Both the position numbers and the translations under genes were made by a program. Below the pieces are notes generated by a model, which did not search any database, had not been told where the DNA came from, and saw nothing but the letters and a program-made list of their open reading frames with translations. Shown here one piece after another: positions 1-9,829 of a stretch of 64,000 nt of DNA; position 1 is the first letter of the stretch, and each line of letters opens with the position of its first letter. The stretch is from positions 310,001 to 374,000 of IMG/VR virus record IMGVR_UViG_3300023174_000033. The stretch is one strand, 5' to 3'.

Positions 1-546
1 AGATAATTTAGATCCTAAATAAGCATATACATCAATTCTTGAAGGAGTGCCAGATATGGTATTTTCATTTTGATAAAATACCCCACTAGAATATTGATAT
101 AGCCAATCTCTACTACTTAAAGGATAAATTCTATTATTACTCTCATCATAGGGAATTGCAGCATATGATTCACCGTTTGAGTCAGAAATCAAATTAGTCA
201 TCTTCTGACCGGCAGATACACCCATCAAAGATCCATATCCATATGCGTATGTCAAACCAGTTTTAAAGTCAAATCCCGTTGGTGGTTGAGTTGGCCAATA
301 TGTTAAAAAGGCTCTATTATTTGTACCTGGTATAAGACCTAATGAAGCACTCACACCAACGGCAATACCTTGTTCAACACCTAGTGAGGCTGTAACAGGT
401 AAATTATCCATATAAATATTTTTTGAAGGAATATTAAATGAGAATCCAATAGTTTCTTCTAATAAACTTTTGTTCAAATCCGTTTGTGATTTACCAGAAA
501 TGTTTTTGAAGGATATTTGAGATAGTACGCTACTTGTTAAAGCCAT
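1..546 (-). CDS. Virion structural protein, partial (runs off the left edge)
   Basis: ATG at 546, open to position 1 (MALTSSVLSQISFKNISGKSQTD...). S/T/G-rich and co-oriented with the upstream structural genes. Not in the ORF track. Confidence 0.65.
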   Translation of the reverse strand, partial: MALTSSVLSQISFKNISGKSQTDLNKSLLEETIGFSFNIPSKNIYMDNLPVTASLGVEQGIAVGVSASLGLIPGTNNRAFLTYWPTQPPTGFDFKTGLTYAYGYGSLMGVSAGQKMTNLISDSNGESYAAIPYDESNNRIYPLSSRDWLYQYSSGVFYQNENTISGTPSRIDVYAYLGSKLS

Positions 547-574
547 TTTGTTTTGGATTTTCTATTTTATATAT

Positions 575-3265
575 TTAATTTGTGTTTACTATTGCTGATA
601 ATATTTCACCATTATAATTTGGACCAGAAGTTATTCTCATAAGTATCACACCATTTGAAAAGTAAGTGTTTTTTAAACCAAAAGTTACTGCTACTGAACT
701 AGTTCCACTATTTGTTTCATCCCAACATCCAGATCCATTCTCATATTGACCTGGTAGAAAGCCTTTAGCAGCGTCCAACCAACCAGTTACCCCACCATCA
801 CTCACAGTACCTCCGGGTGGGATTTCAGTTCCCTTATATGGTAACTTAAATTCTAAATAAACTTGACTTGTGCTTGTATTCAAACTTGTTCCAACGGGAA
901 CTACAGTTGTATTAACGGTTCCTAAATTCAATCTTATTGATGATCTTTGAGTTGGTACCACATAATATCTTGTGTAACTCCTACTAAATGATCCGTGTAT
1001 GTTATTAACAGTTGAACTAGCACAAAGTGAGTAATTACTATAAGACAATCCATAATTTTTATTTGTTATCACATTTCCAAAATTTGAAAAATTAATTTTA
1101 GGATATACTAAACTACCACCTAAAACTTGTAATGCGTCTCTATAATTGTTTGATAAATATAAACTATTTTGACTATTCCATTGACTAGATGATAAACCAG
1201 ATACTAAACTATGAGAAGCATACCCACCATTTATCAATCTATATTGTTCATCTTCAAAGCTCTCTATTAATACAGTTGAGGATGTTGCAAATGTGTCAAT
1301 CAACCATCCAACGACAGACAAAGTTCCACCAATTGTTGTACCTTGAACTGTTCTTTTAGAACTAACATTTACAGTAATTGGTTGATTTATTCTTCTTCTT
1401 GAAGTTTTTATAGTATATGTAGTTGAAAATGTGAATGATGAACTAACACTACTTGGTACTGGAAGTGATTGTGATGCAGGATTTGGGGTAACCAAATCAA
1501 TTGGGTCACCAAAAACACCGGCATCAAAATTCGGATAGTAAGTATTTCTATAAATATCCAATGCCTCAATATCATATTTGAAATTCATGTTATCAATATG
1601 CCTCAATCCAGATATGAATTTGAATGTTGTATTATAATTAGTACCCTGTGGTGTAGCGTATGTGGTTTGAGTATTTGAACTATCGGATATAAATTCAATT
1701 TTATTTAAACTGAAAGCTGTAGTTCCTATATTGTGTACTACTTGAATTGAATTCAAACCATCAACAAAAAATCCACTATCTCGTTTTATAAGATAGGTTC
1801 CAGACCTATTCCAATAATTATTCAATTCACTACCTTGTGGGTATTTTGATGTTGTCGCAGACGATAACACAAATCCAGAAGTAAGACCAGATGTTGTGCC
1901 TGATATAGTAGTGTCAATTGCCAACGAATGAGTAGTACCTAGATTTAATGATGATACAGTAAATGAATTTAAGTATAAATAAAGACTACCAGTTATACCA
2001 TAATTAAAAGAATAAGTACCATAAGCTGGTGTTGGTAAAGATGGGTGATTTACTACATCGGAATTTAACCTACCAAATATATCTTGATAATATTGAGTAC
2101 CAGTTATTGGTTGTAAAACTCTTGATGTTACACCTAAAACATAACCACCAAAAGAACCACTTGCAAACAATCCTCCAGTCGCGGTTGGATTCCAAAATGA
2201 AGCAGTACCAGGTGTGAAACCACCAGAACCACTAAATGAAATTTTACCACTTGTGAATTGAGATTGACTAGCATTCCAAGAACTTAAATTTGGAGCTGCT
2301 GGTGGTAACATTTGCTTGAATAAAAAGTTAAATCTATCAACCGCAGTTCCTATTGGAGTTGATGTAGTGAAATCTTCAAAAAACCCATCAGTATATCCAC
2401 CACTTTCAGCTATACCTATCGTTGAAGCGCCGTCCAATGGTAATGTGATTTGAAATCCTTGTGGGTCATAGGTCATTTGATATTGTATACCTGTTTGAAT
2501 ATCACCACTTACAAGGCTAACAAGAGTATTTGAAGATACTTTTTTAACATCCACAAACTCTAACCCATCAATTGATAAAGAAACTGTACCAGTATTTGCA
2601 GTTGCAAACGAAGCATAATAAACTACATTTGAATAAGTAAATAATTGAGATTGAGTTATTGATGTGAAACTAAAAGACAAACCATTTGCAGACGTTGGTT
2701 GAATATACCTAACAGCATTTTGATATTCTCTAACCCAACTACCCGAAATACTTTGTGTACCATAAAATATAGCTAATTGATTAGGATGGTTCAATATTCT
2801 CACGGTAGTTTGATCTACCGGCTCAATAAACTCCCAACCACTTAAAACAGAACTATATACTGCTATATAATTTGATTGTGTTAGAAAAGCTCCAAAGCTT
2901 GGACTTCCTATAATATATCTATCACCGTCATTTGGTGATCCTGGAACACTTGATATAAAATCAATAACATTTTCCGACCAAATTGACATATCTGTATTTG
3001 GTTCGTATTGAACCCAATTTGAATTTTCATTCAAATCAGAATCAAAATAATTCAACTTTAATTGGTAAGTTCTATTTTCATCAATTACGTGACATAACAT
3101 ACCCCACTGTCTTCTGTCTGGGTAAATACCGTCTCTATCTGTACTTGAAGTAACTGAATGAAATCCACCTCTAATTTCATTTGAATAAGCTACTGAATAA
3201 ACATCCGTATCAAACTGTGGTCTTATCGGTGCTACAACTAAAATTCCTTCATTCTTCATTGCCAT
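575..3265 (-). CDS. Tail fibre/virion structural protein with a DUF2793-like segment
   Basis: 896 aa, S/T/G-rich. The segment SVPGSPNDGDRYIIG...GAF...IAVY...GWEFIEP resembles DUF2793 of phage tail proteins. Confidence 0.6.
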   Translation of the reverse strand: MAMKNEGILVVAPIRPQFDTDVYSVAYSNEIRGGFHSVTSSTDRDGIYPDRRQWGMLCHVIDENRTYQLKLNYFDSDLNENSNWVQYEPNTDMSIWSENVIDFISSVPGSPNDGDRYIIGSPSFGAFLTQSNYIAVYSSVLSGWEFIEPVDQTTVRILNHPNQLAIFYGTQSISGSWVREYQNAVRYIQPTSANGLSFSFTSITQSQLFTYSNVVYYASFATANTGTVSLSIDGLEFVDVKKVSSNTLVSLVSGDIQTGIQYQMTYDPQGFQITLPLDGASTIGIAESGGYTDGFFEDFTTSTPIGTAVDRFNFLFKQMLPPAAPNLSSWNASQSQFTSGKISFSGSGGFTPGTASFWNPTATGGLFASGSFGGYVLGVTSRVLQPITGTQYYQDIFGRLNSDVVNHPSLPTPAYGTYSFNYGITGSLYLYLNSFTVSSLNLGTTHSLAIDTTISGTTSGLTSGFVLSSATTSKYPQGSELNNYWNRSGTYLIKRDSGFFVDGLNSIQVVHNIGTTAFSLNKIEFISDSSNTQTTYATPQGTNYNTTFKFISGLRHIDNMNFKYDIEALDIYRNTYYPNFDAGVFGDPIDLVTPNPASQSLPVPSSVSSSFTFSTTYTIKTSRRRINQPITVNVSSKRTVQGTTIGGTLSVVGWLIDTFATSSTVLIESFEDEQYRLINGGYASHSLVSGLSSSQWNSQNSLYLSNNYRDALQVLGGSLVYPKINFSNFGNVITNKNYGLSYSNYSLCASSTVNNIHGSFSRSYTRYYVVPTQRSSIRLNLGTVNTTVVPVGTSLNTSTSQVYLEFKLPYKGTEIPPGGTVSDGGVTGWLDAAKGFLPGQYENGSGCWDETNSGTSSVAVTFGLKNTYFSNGVILMRITSGPNYNGEILSAIVNTN

Positions 3266-3271
3266 AATACT

Positions 3272-4294
3272 TTATTGTTGTTGATTTAATATTGTAATTT
3301 CTGTAGTTCCTTGTGGTGTGTAACTCATATAAATATCATAGAAATCACCATATCCATATATGTTCTCTAAATAATAATTTGATTGTATTTTTTTAAACAT
3401 ATTTACATAGAAATTATTATAGATGGTTTTTGGAAATTCAGTATAAGCCCAATCTGTAGTTGGCCAAGCTACCACTAAATGACTAGCGGTACCTATCATA
3501 TTAATACTTGTTCCGATAATTGTATATGGACTAGTTGATAAATCTGGCAATCCATTTGGACCAGTTAAGCCAAACCTATTACTAATAAGACCATCAAGTT
3601 GAACTGATTGACTAGCGGTGATAGTTCTTAAATCTGCATATGGACTTATAGAAGATAAATCAATTGAACCGTAATATCTACTATTAAACCAACTCATAGT
3701 TACAGATATTTGTCTTCCACTCATACCAGTTGTACCATCATAATCACTCACGGTGAGTGTATAAGTTGATGTTGTATTTGGTATTACACTTGCTTGAAAT
3801 GTAGAAACAGTAGTGCCGGTTGTAGGTATAGTAGGATTTACCGTATTTGGCAAATCATTCGGTACTGATAACGTACAAGAAACTATTGCGTTTGTATTTT
3901 TCGTTAGAGTTACTTGCAAATCAACCGTGGCAGTTCCACCAGGTAGGTAACCATATTCATACATAGGTGGGTTTGGTGAAACTATTTCCAATTCATACCC
4001 AACATCTTCAAATTTTAAAAACATTTTATCTAATAATTCCTGTAAAGGAACATAACTAAAAGTAGTACCTTTTGGAATACCACCTAACTCTACGGTTGAC
4101 GGTGTTAAACTTGTATAAGAGAAACTCCAAGTAGAAATTCCATAAATTTCCTCCCATAGAGTAAAACTAACATCACGTAAATTTCTGGCAGTAATTGAAC
4201 CCGTATCTTGGGATGGCAGTGTTGCCATAATTTCATCTAAACCAGTTAGTGTTTCAGAATATGTAGGATCCCCAGGAACTCCGTAAATTGCCAT
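3272..4294 (-). CDS. Virion structural protein (Ig-like/beta-rich)
   Basis: 340 aa, T/S-rich, with a TSTYTLTVSD-type strand. TAATATATA motif upstream. Confidence 0.5.
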   Translation of the reverse strand: MAIYGVPGDPTYSETLTGLDEIMATLPSQDTGSITARNLRDVSFTLWEEIYGISTWSFSYTSLTPSTVELGGIPKGTTFSYVPLQELLDKMFLKFEDVGYELEIVSPNPPMYEYGYLPGGTATVDLQVTLTKNTNAIVSCTLSVPNDLPNTVNPTIPTTGTTVSTFQASVIPNTTSTYTLTVSDYDGTTGMSGRQISVTMSWFNSRYYGSIDLSSISPYADLRTITASQSVQLDGLISNRFGLTGPNGLPDLSTSPYTIIGTSINMIGTASHLVVAWPTTDWAYTEFPKTIYNNFYVNMFKKIQSNYYLENIYGYGDFYDIYMSYTPQGTTEITILNQQQ

Positions 4295-4340
4295 ATAGAT
4301 TTGATTTATACCTATATATTAATAAGGATAATCTATCTTT

Positions 4341-5069
4341 TTAATTCTGAACAATCTTCCAAATTTTATAACCGTTACTATCAGTAATAAATTTTAAATC
4401 AATATTTCCTAACTCAACAATATCAGAATTATTTAAGAAAAATTCAAAATATTTTATACATGATTCGGAATTTATACTCTCATCTAAAAAAACTGATAAT
4501 TTTGTATCATCAATAAACTTATTCAAATTCAAATTAGAATTTTCGCCTATAAAATTTTCAACTAGTGGATCAAATTGAATTTTTTGTGAAATAATTTTAT
4601 TTGTCAATAAATTTTTTAGTTTTGTCCTAATTTGATTTAAATCATTTTCCGATAAACAAGTCACGAAATAACTTTCATCAAAATCTTTTACCTGATAAAT
4701 ATTCAAATCTTGGTTTATAGTATCAATATGTCCAGAACTTATATGAAAAAAATCAGCTAAAATCTTTTCTTTTCTCACGTTATTGGATTTTAAATCGGAG
4801 ATGTCCTCTAAAACACTTGAAAACCCCTCAAAAGTTAAAATATTATCATCCTGTAAAGATTTTCTATGTTCAATAACATCAGATACAACTCTTTCAATCC
4901 CAACAACTTCGGATAATTTATTATTATCCAAGAATTTACGCATATTCTTATTTATGTATACATAAACTTCTTTTGGTCTCGCATTCGTGTTATCAATAAA
5001 CTTATCAATAATTTCATTGACAATTTTATAATATTTGTTTGCGTCTTCTCTATTTTTTAACTTTATCAT
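4341..5069 (-). CDS. Hypothetical protein
   Basis: 242 aa ORF with TAATATATA immediately upstream. Confidence 0.6.
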   Translation of the reverse strand: MIKLKNREDANKYYKIVNEIIDKFIDNTNARPKEVYVYINKNMRKFLDNNKLSEVVGIERVVSDVIEHRKSLQDDNILTFEGFSSVLEDISDLKSNNVRKEKILADFFHISSGHIDTINQDLNIYQVKDFDESYFVTCLSENDLNQIRTKLKNLLTNKIISQKIQFDPLVENFIGENSNLNLNKFIDDTKLSVFLDESINSESCIKYFEFFLNNSDIVELGNIDLKFITDSNGYKIWKIVQN

Positions 5070-5195
5070 CAGTGTATATATTATTATTTCAAAAAAACAA
5101 ATTTTAAAAAAAAATATAAAAAATCCAGAATTTTAAAACAAACGTTTTTTTCTTTCATATATACAAAGTATTAAAAATTAAAAAATAAAAAAATT

Positions 5196-5417
5196 ATGAA
5201 AAAATTATTTGTAATGTTTGCTTTTGCATCGCTCGTAGTTTCTTGTGGAACAAAAAATGAAGAAACCACAACTCAAGATTCAACTTCTGTATCTGTGGAT
5301 TCATCAGTAGTAACTCCAAGTGATTCAGCAGCAACTACAGTCCCAAGTGATTCTTCTGCTTTTGACACTTGTACCAAACCTTGTACCGAAACTTGTAAAA
5401 AAGCAGCTGGTAAATAA
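5196..5417 (+). CDS. Small lipoprotein
   Basis: MKK, hydrophobic core, lipobox VVSC, then an S/T/D-rich linker and a C-terminal Cys cluster. Confidence 0.7.
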   Translation: MKKLFVMFAFASLVVSCGTKNEETTTQDSTSVSVDSSVVTPSDSAATTVPSDSSAFDTCTKPCTETCKKAAGK

Positions 5418-5481
5418 AAAAGTTTATTTGTTTATCTCTAAAACAAGTTGGTGGAATGTCAACCGTACTGGTGGGTCCCTT

Positions 5482-5510
5482 AAAAAGTCAAGTTTATACT
5501 TGACTTTTTT
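5482..5510 (+). terminator. Rho-independent terminator (bidirectional shape)
   Basis: AAAAAGTCAAGT-TTAT-ACTTGACTTTTTT inverted repeat with a T tract. Confidence 0.8.
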
Positions 5511-5544
5511 ATTTTACACCAATTCCTAAATAATATATACATTG

Positions 5545-6447
5545 ATGAATCTCCGTGATGTAAGAACCTTTTATAATACCAAACCTGTTGAGTATGTAAT
5601 TAAAGAAAAGTATGAACTCAAAGAGGATAGGACTTATGTGCCACGTTTCAATCTAAAAAACGCAACTCAAATTGCTAAAATTCCTATAAATGAGCCAATA
5701 AAACCTACCGAAGAAATTTTCATCAAAGCCATAAAATATGGGATGGTATTTCTTATAAACTACAAGGGTGCTAAAGATAAACACTTTGCTGGCCACGAAA
5801 GGGTTATTTATCCAATGGTTTTAGGTAAATCGTCAAAGGGTAAAATATTATTGAGAGGTTATCATTTAAATGGGTGGTCTGTTTCTGCAAATAGACAAAT
5901 CAATAAGATATGGAGAATGTTTAGGGTTGATAGATTACTTTCAATCACATTCACTGGCTCATTCTATAGACTACCTCCGGCAGGTTATAATATGTTTGAT
6001 AAAGGAATGAGGGGTGGTATTATCGCTAGAGCTGATTTTAACGAAATTAGAAAAAACCAACAATCTTTGGTTAAAACACAAGAAATTCAAAATAAAGAAG
6101 AGATTACCTTAAGCGAAGAAAAGAGGGAATTTGTCACCGTAAGAGTAAAAACGACAAATACAAAATTGGATTTAAATAAACCACTGGAAAATGCTTACGT
6201 GAATAATATGAAAGATATAGCTAACGTAAGGGTTTCTTTTTTGAAAAGCATTTATGGAAATAAATACCTTTCAATTTTAGGAGCATTGGGGCAACCCGGG
6301 AACACTGTGAAGGTTTTAGATGATAAGGGAACAAATCTAGGTGTTTTCAAAGTTATGGATTCTATCGCTGGTGAAACTTTGAAGAAAATAAAAAACGTCA
6401 AAGGTAATGCTGTGTTTGATGTTTATTTATTTGACAAGAAGGTTTAA
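5545..6447 (+). CDS. WYL-domain-like protein
   Basis: INY...ERVIYPMVLG...LLRGY...WRMFRVDRLLSI matches the WYL pattern (R.i.P...FRxDRi). ATG at 5545. Confidence 0.6.
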   Translation: MNLRDVRTFYNTKPVEYVIKEKYELKEDRTYVPRFNLKNATQIAKIPINEPIKPTEEIFIKAIKYGMVFLINYKGAKDKHFAGHERVIYPMVLGKSSKGKILLRGYHLNGWSVSANRQINKIWRMFRVDRLLSITFTGSFYRLPPAGYNMFDKGMRGGIIARADFNEIRKNQQSLVKTQEIQNKEEITLSEEKREFVTVRVKTTNTKLDLNKPLENAYVNNMKDIANVRVSFLKSIYGNKYLSILGALGQPGNTVKVLDDKGTNLGVFKVMDSIAGETLKKIKNVKGNAVFDVYLFDKKV

Positions 6448-7403
6448 ATACTTAAAATTCTACTCACAATTTCGTCAGTTGAGTCCTTCCAATCCATCTT
6501 GACAACTTTACTTTTTTCAACAAAATTTTTAATATCAGAAATCTCTCCAGACATAACACCCTTTTTTTCTAATGATATTGCATTACAACTCTGTTCATAC
6601 TGACCATATGTTGGAACTAACATCAATTTCTTACCCAAATAAAGTGCCTCAACCGAAGTTTGAAAACCACCAGCTGTTACTATACCGTGACAATTCCTCA
6701 AACTTTCCTCAAATCTATCTTTATCAATTGGTCTAACAACATTATTTTTGAAAAAAATTGGTTTTTTAATATTTGTAAAAATCTCAAATTTTACAGATCT
6801 TAATTGAGACACCTCTTTTACAATTGTTTCTATATCATATGTTGGTAAATAAACTGTATAATGTCCATAATCGTTTGGACTTATATACATCAAATTATCT
6901 CTTATGATCGGAGTATAAATAAAATCATCATATGATTCAAAATGTAAACCTATTGGGTGAGTTACCGGTACTAATTTTTTAAGTAATAATTCGCCAAAAA
7001 GATTTTTGTTTTTTGGCCTTGGTGTTTTATTGGATAAAAAAGAACATTGATTACTTAACCCAATACAGATTTTATCTTGTCTTTTAGCGGCCCAAGCAGT
7101 TATTGGTTCGTAATCGGAAATTATCAAATCATAATTACTTAAATCTAATTTGATATCACTCAAGAATTCTTTAATTTTCAATTCTTTAAAAGTCTTCCAA
7201 TAATTTATACCCCCTTTGCCATTATAATAAAAAGTTAAACCTCTTAAATTCCACTTTATTGGAAAGGGGAACTTGACCTGTGAGTTATTACCAGACGTTA
7301 ATATATCTACCATACAACCCATTTTTATCAGTCTGTTTATTACTTTTGCTGATCTTGTTAAGTGTCCGTTACCAGTTGATTGAATTCCATAAAGTACCCT
7401 CAT
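6444..7403 (-). CDS. Glycosyltransferase, MJ1255/VC2487-like (GT-B)
   Basis: MRVLYGIQSTGNGHLTRS, ISDYEPITAW, AGGFQTSVEALYLGKK and GQYEQSCNA motifs. Confidence 0.85.
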   Translation of the reverse strand: MRVLYGIQSTGNGHLTRSAKVINRLIKMGCMVDILTSGNNSQVKFPFPIKWNLRGLTFYYNGKGGINYWKTFKELKIKEFLSDIKLDLSNYDLIISDYEPITAWAAKRQDKICIGLSNQCSFLSNKTPRPKNKNLFGELLLKKLVPVTHPIGLHFESYDDFIYTPIIRDNLMYISPNDYGHYTVYLPTYDIETIVKEVSQLRSVKFEIFTNIKKPIFFKNNVVRPIDKDRFEESLRNCHGIVTAGGFQTSVEALYLGKKLMLVPTYGQYEQSCNAISLEKKGVMSGEISDIKNFVEKSKVVKMDWKDSTDEIVSRILSI

Positions 7404-8128
7404 TTTACGAATTTTAATTTTATATTACCATCAAGATCTTCAATGATATAAGAACAACTTTCACAAAAATCCCCAGTGTTGTAATATTCACCTTCTTCAA
7501 TTTCAGGACTGTGAGTGTGTCCTATCATAATTGCATCGCAATTTTTTTCTTCAATTAAAGTTTTGGATACTTTCTTATACTCTGATAAGAATTTTATAGC
7601 ACTCTTTACTTTTGACTTCATATAGGCAGAAAAAGACCAATATTCCAATTTAAATAACCTTCTAAACCAATTATAAATCTTGTTTATAGTTATTGATAGT
7701 TCGTAAGAAACATCACCTAACCAGTATAGCCAAGGACTAATTCTAACGAATCCATCAAAACAATCACCGTGGGTTAGATAAATCTTATCACCCTTGACAG
7801 AATCGTAAATATATTCATTGCAAATAAGTATATCACCGAAATAAATATTTTGCTCATCTATAACACTTCTCACATAGTAGTCATGGTTTCCAAGGATGTA
7901 AACAACTTTAACACCTTTCCTTGATAATCTTAAAACTTTTTGTATAACTGTAGAATGATCTTTATGCCAATAAAACTTTCTTTTCAAATAAGTCATATCA
8001 ATAAAATCACCCACAATAAACAGGTTTTCAAATTCATATTCCTTGAAAACATCAAGTAATTTAGTTGCTTGGGAATTTGGATTTCCAAGGTGTATATCAC
8101 TTATGAAAAGAGTTTTAATTTTATCCAT
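7400..8128 (-). CDS. LpxH/YbbF-like metallophosphoesterase (UDP-2,3-diacylglucosamine diphosphatase family)
   Basis: Calcineurin-like motifs SDIHLG, GDFID, GNHD, HGDCFD, GHTH and NTGD. Confidence 0.85.
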   Translation of the reverse strand: MDKIKTLFISDIHLGNPNSQATKLLDVFKEYEFENLFIVGDFIDMTYLKRKFYWHKDHSTVIQKVLRLSRKGVKVVYILGNHDYYVRSVIDEQNIYFGDILICNEYIYDSVKGDKIYLTHGDCFDGFVRISPWLYWLGDVSYELSITINKIYNWFRRLFKLEYWSFSAYMKSKVKSAIKFLSEYKKVSKTLIEEKNCDAIMIGHTHSPEIEEGEYYNTGDFCESCSYIIEDLDGNIKLKFVK

Positions 8129-8172
8129 AACTTAATAATTCAATCTATATATAAATATAAATCCAAATTTTT

Positions 8173-8664
8173 ATGAACCTGTATCCTCAAGAAGAACTTG
8201 ATAGAATTAATAAAGTAAAGGAAACTAATGATAAATTAGAGGAATATTTCAATCAAAGAAGAGACGAGTGGAACAAGAATTTGGAACCTTTATTTGAGGT
8301 TATTAGAAACCGTTTAACGATTGATAATTCTTCAAAAGTATTTGAATCACAATCAATCGCTTTGAGTTTTAGGCAACAGATAAATGAACAAATTTCATTT
8401 TTTCTTAACAAACGATCAAAGGAAGAAGTTAAGATTAAAAGAATAAGACAAGATAAATTTGTATTTTACGCTCTTGGAATTGGTTTAAAAACAAATGCTG
8501 GTGAAAAATCTACTTTGATAGATGCCCATTTGGCTGAAAATGATAGAACTATACTCTTAATTGATAACTATGTGGAATTTTTAAGGAGTTGTTCCAAGAA
8601 TCTTGAGAGTCTTGGTTATACTATCAAGAATATTATTGAACTTATGAATTATCTTGGTGGATAA
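8173..8664 (+). CDS. uvsY: UvsY-like recombination mediator
   Basis: Helical 163 aa protein. C-terminus YVEFL...LGYTIKNIIELMNYLGG resembles the T4-like UvsY C-terminus, and UvsW is in the same window. Confidence 0.55.
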   Translation: MNLYPQEELDRINKVKETNDKLEEYFNQRRDEWNKNLEPLFEVIRNRLTIDNSSKVFESQSIALSFRQQINEQISFFLNKRSKEEVKIKRIRQDKFVFYALGIGLKTNAGEKSTLIDAHLAENDRTILLIDNYVEFLRSCSKNLESLGYTIKNIIELMNYLGG

Positions 8665-9798
8665 TTAGAGTTGAGATAATGCTTGATCTACTAAATCATG
8701 ATAACCTTGATAATCATTGTCTCTTTTTATATCTTCCAACATCACTTTTAATAACTTTCGTCTGCTATCAAAATCTGGATAATAACTGTCACCACTAGTA
8801 GAAGTTAATTCAATACAATTTTTACCTGGTACATTGTGTAGTTTTCCATTAGTAGTATTCAAAAGTGCTAATGTGTCTACAAAGGGATAATTTTTGAAGG
8901 TCCAATTTTCAAGTTGAACATTTATATGTGATAAATAAACCTTGTCGTTGTAATTGAAAAATACAGATTCCCAAGCATCGGACGAGTTTTTATTTTTCAT
9001 AACCCACCTTTTTTCCTTAGCATAGTTTTTGAATTTTAACATATCACTATCATTTGCACAATAAATTCTATCCATAAAATATTCAGCAGGACACCCATCT
9101 ACTTTCTTTTCCAATTTCCAAACTAAAGCTCTTCCCAAAACTTTATTATCTTGATTTACATAAACAAGTAATTGACAAACCTCTGGATTTTCTTTGTAGA
9201 TACCAAAATATCGTTGACAAGGTGTGTATCTCATACAAGAAGCTCCTAATTGACCTTTGTCTGGATAAGCATAATTCATAAAATCATAATAGTAAGGTAT
9301 TTCATCACCCTTTACTATTTTGAAATCATTAGATACTACTACAAATTGAGATTTATATAAATTTACAAAGTCTTCATAATCTTTTGGGGTCAAATCTTTT
9401 AGATCAACATTCAAACTTGACATTTCTAAATCTCCAATAACATCAGGATGGGTTAGTAATGAACGAGCAAATCTACCAACACCAACAGTTCCTCTGCCTG
9501 GTGCTTCATAAAATTTTGACTCATCTTCATCCCATTGCATCGGTGTTCTTTTAGCTCTTTGGTCTGATAAAAATGAAACCATTTCCGGCTCATTAGTCAC
9601 ATCAATCCAATTTTGTGGAAGATCTTTAGCAATATAATATTCATCGCTAAAAATAACATATAATATTTCAGCTATTTTACTTTTATCTCTTATCTTATTT
9701 AATCTTGTTAAAAATTCATGAGATGCATTCAAATCGTTTTCTAAAATCAAAGAAATGACTTGTTTCTCTAAAATGAACCCATCAAAATTATTTATCAT
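8665..9798 (-). CDS. Phage protein of the SCM/GRALxW/MDRIY/YPxxDT family (paralogue of 10992-12239)
   Basis: GQLGASCMRY, LGRALVW, FMDRIY and YPFVDT. Likely ATG at 9798 just after the TAATATATA motif. Confidence 0.7.
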   Translation of the reverse strand: MINNFDGFILEKQVISLILENDLNASHEFLTRLNKIRDKSKIAEILYVIFSDEYYIAKDLPQNWIDVTNEPEMVSFLSDQRAKRTPMQWDEDESKFYEAPGRGTVGVGRFARSLLTHPDVIGDLEMSSLNVDLKDLTPKDYEDFVNLYKSQFVVVSNDFKIVKGDEIPYYYDFMNYAYPDKGQLGASCMRYTPCQRYFGIYKENPEVCQLLVYVNQDNKVLGRALVWKLEKKVDGCPAEYFMDRIYCANDSDMLKFKNYAKEKRWVMKNKNSSDAWESVFFNYNDKVYLSHINVQLENWTFKNYPFVDTLALLNTTNGKLHNVPGKNCIELTSTSGDSYYPDFDSRRKLLKVMLEDIKRDNDYQGYHDLVDQALSQL

Positions 9799-9829
9799 AA
9801 ATTTATATATTATTTTCAAACTTTATTAA

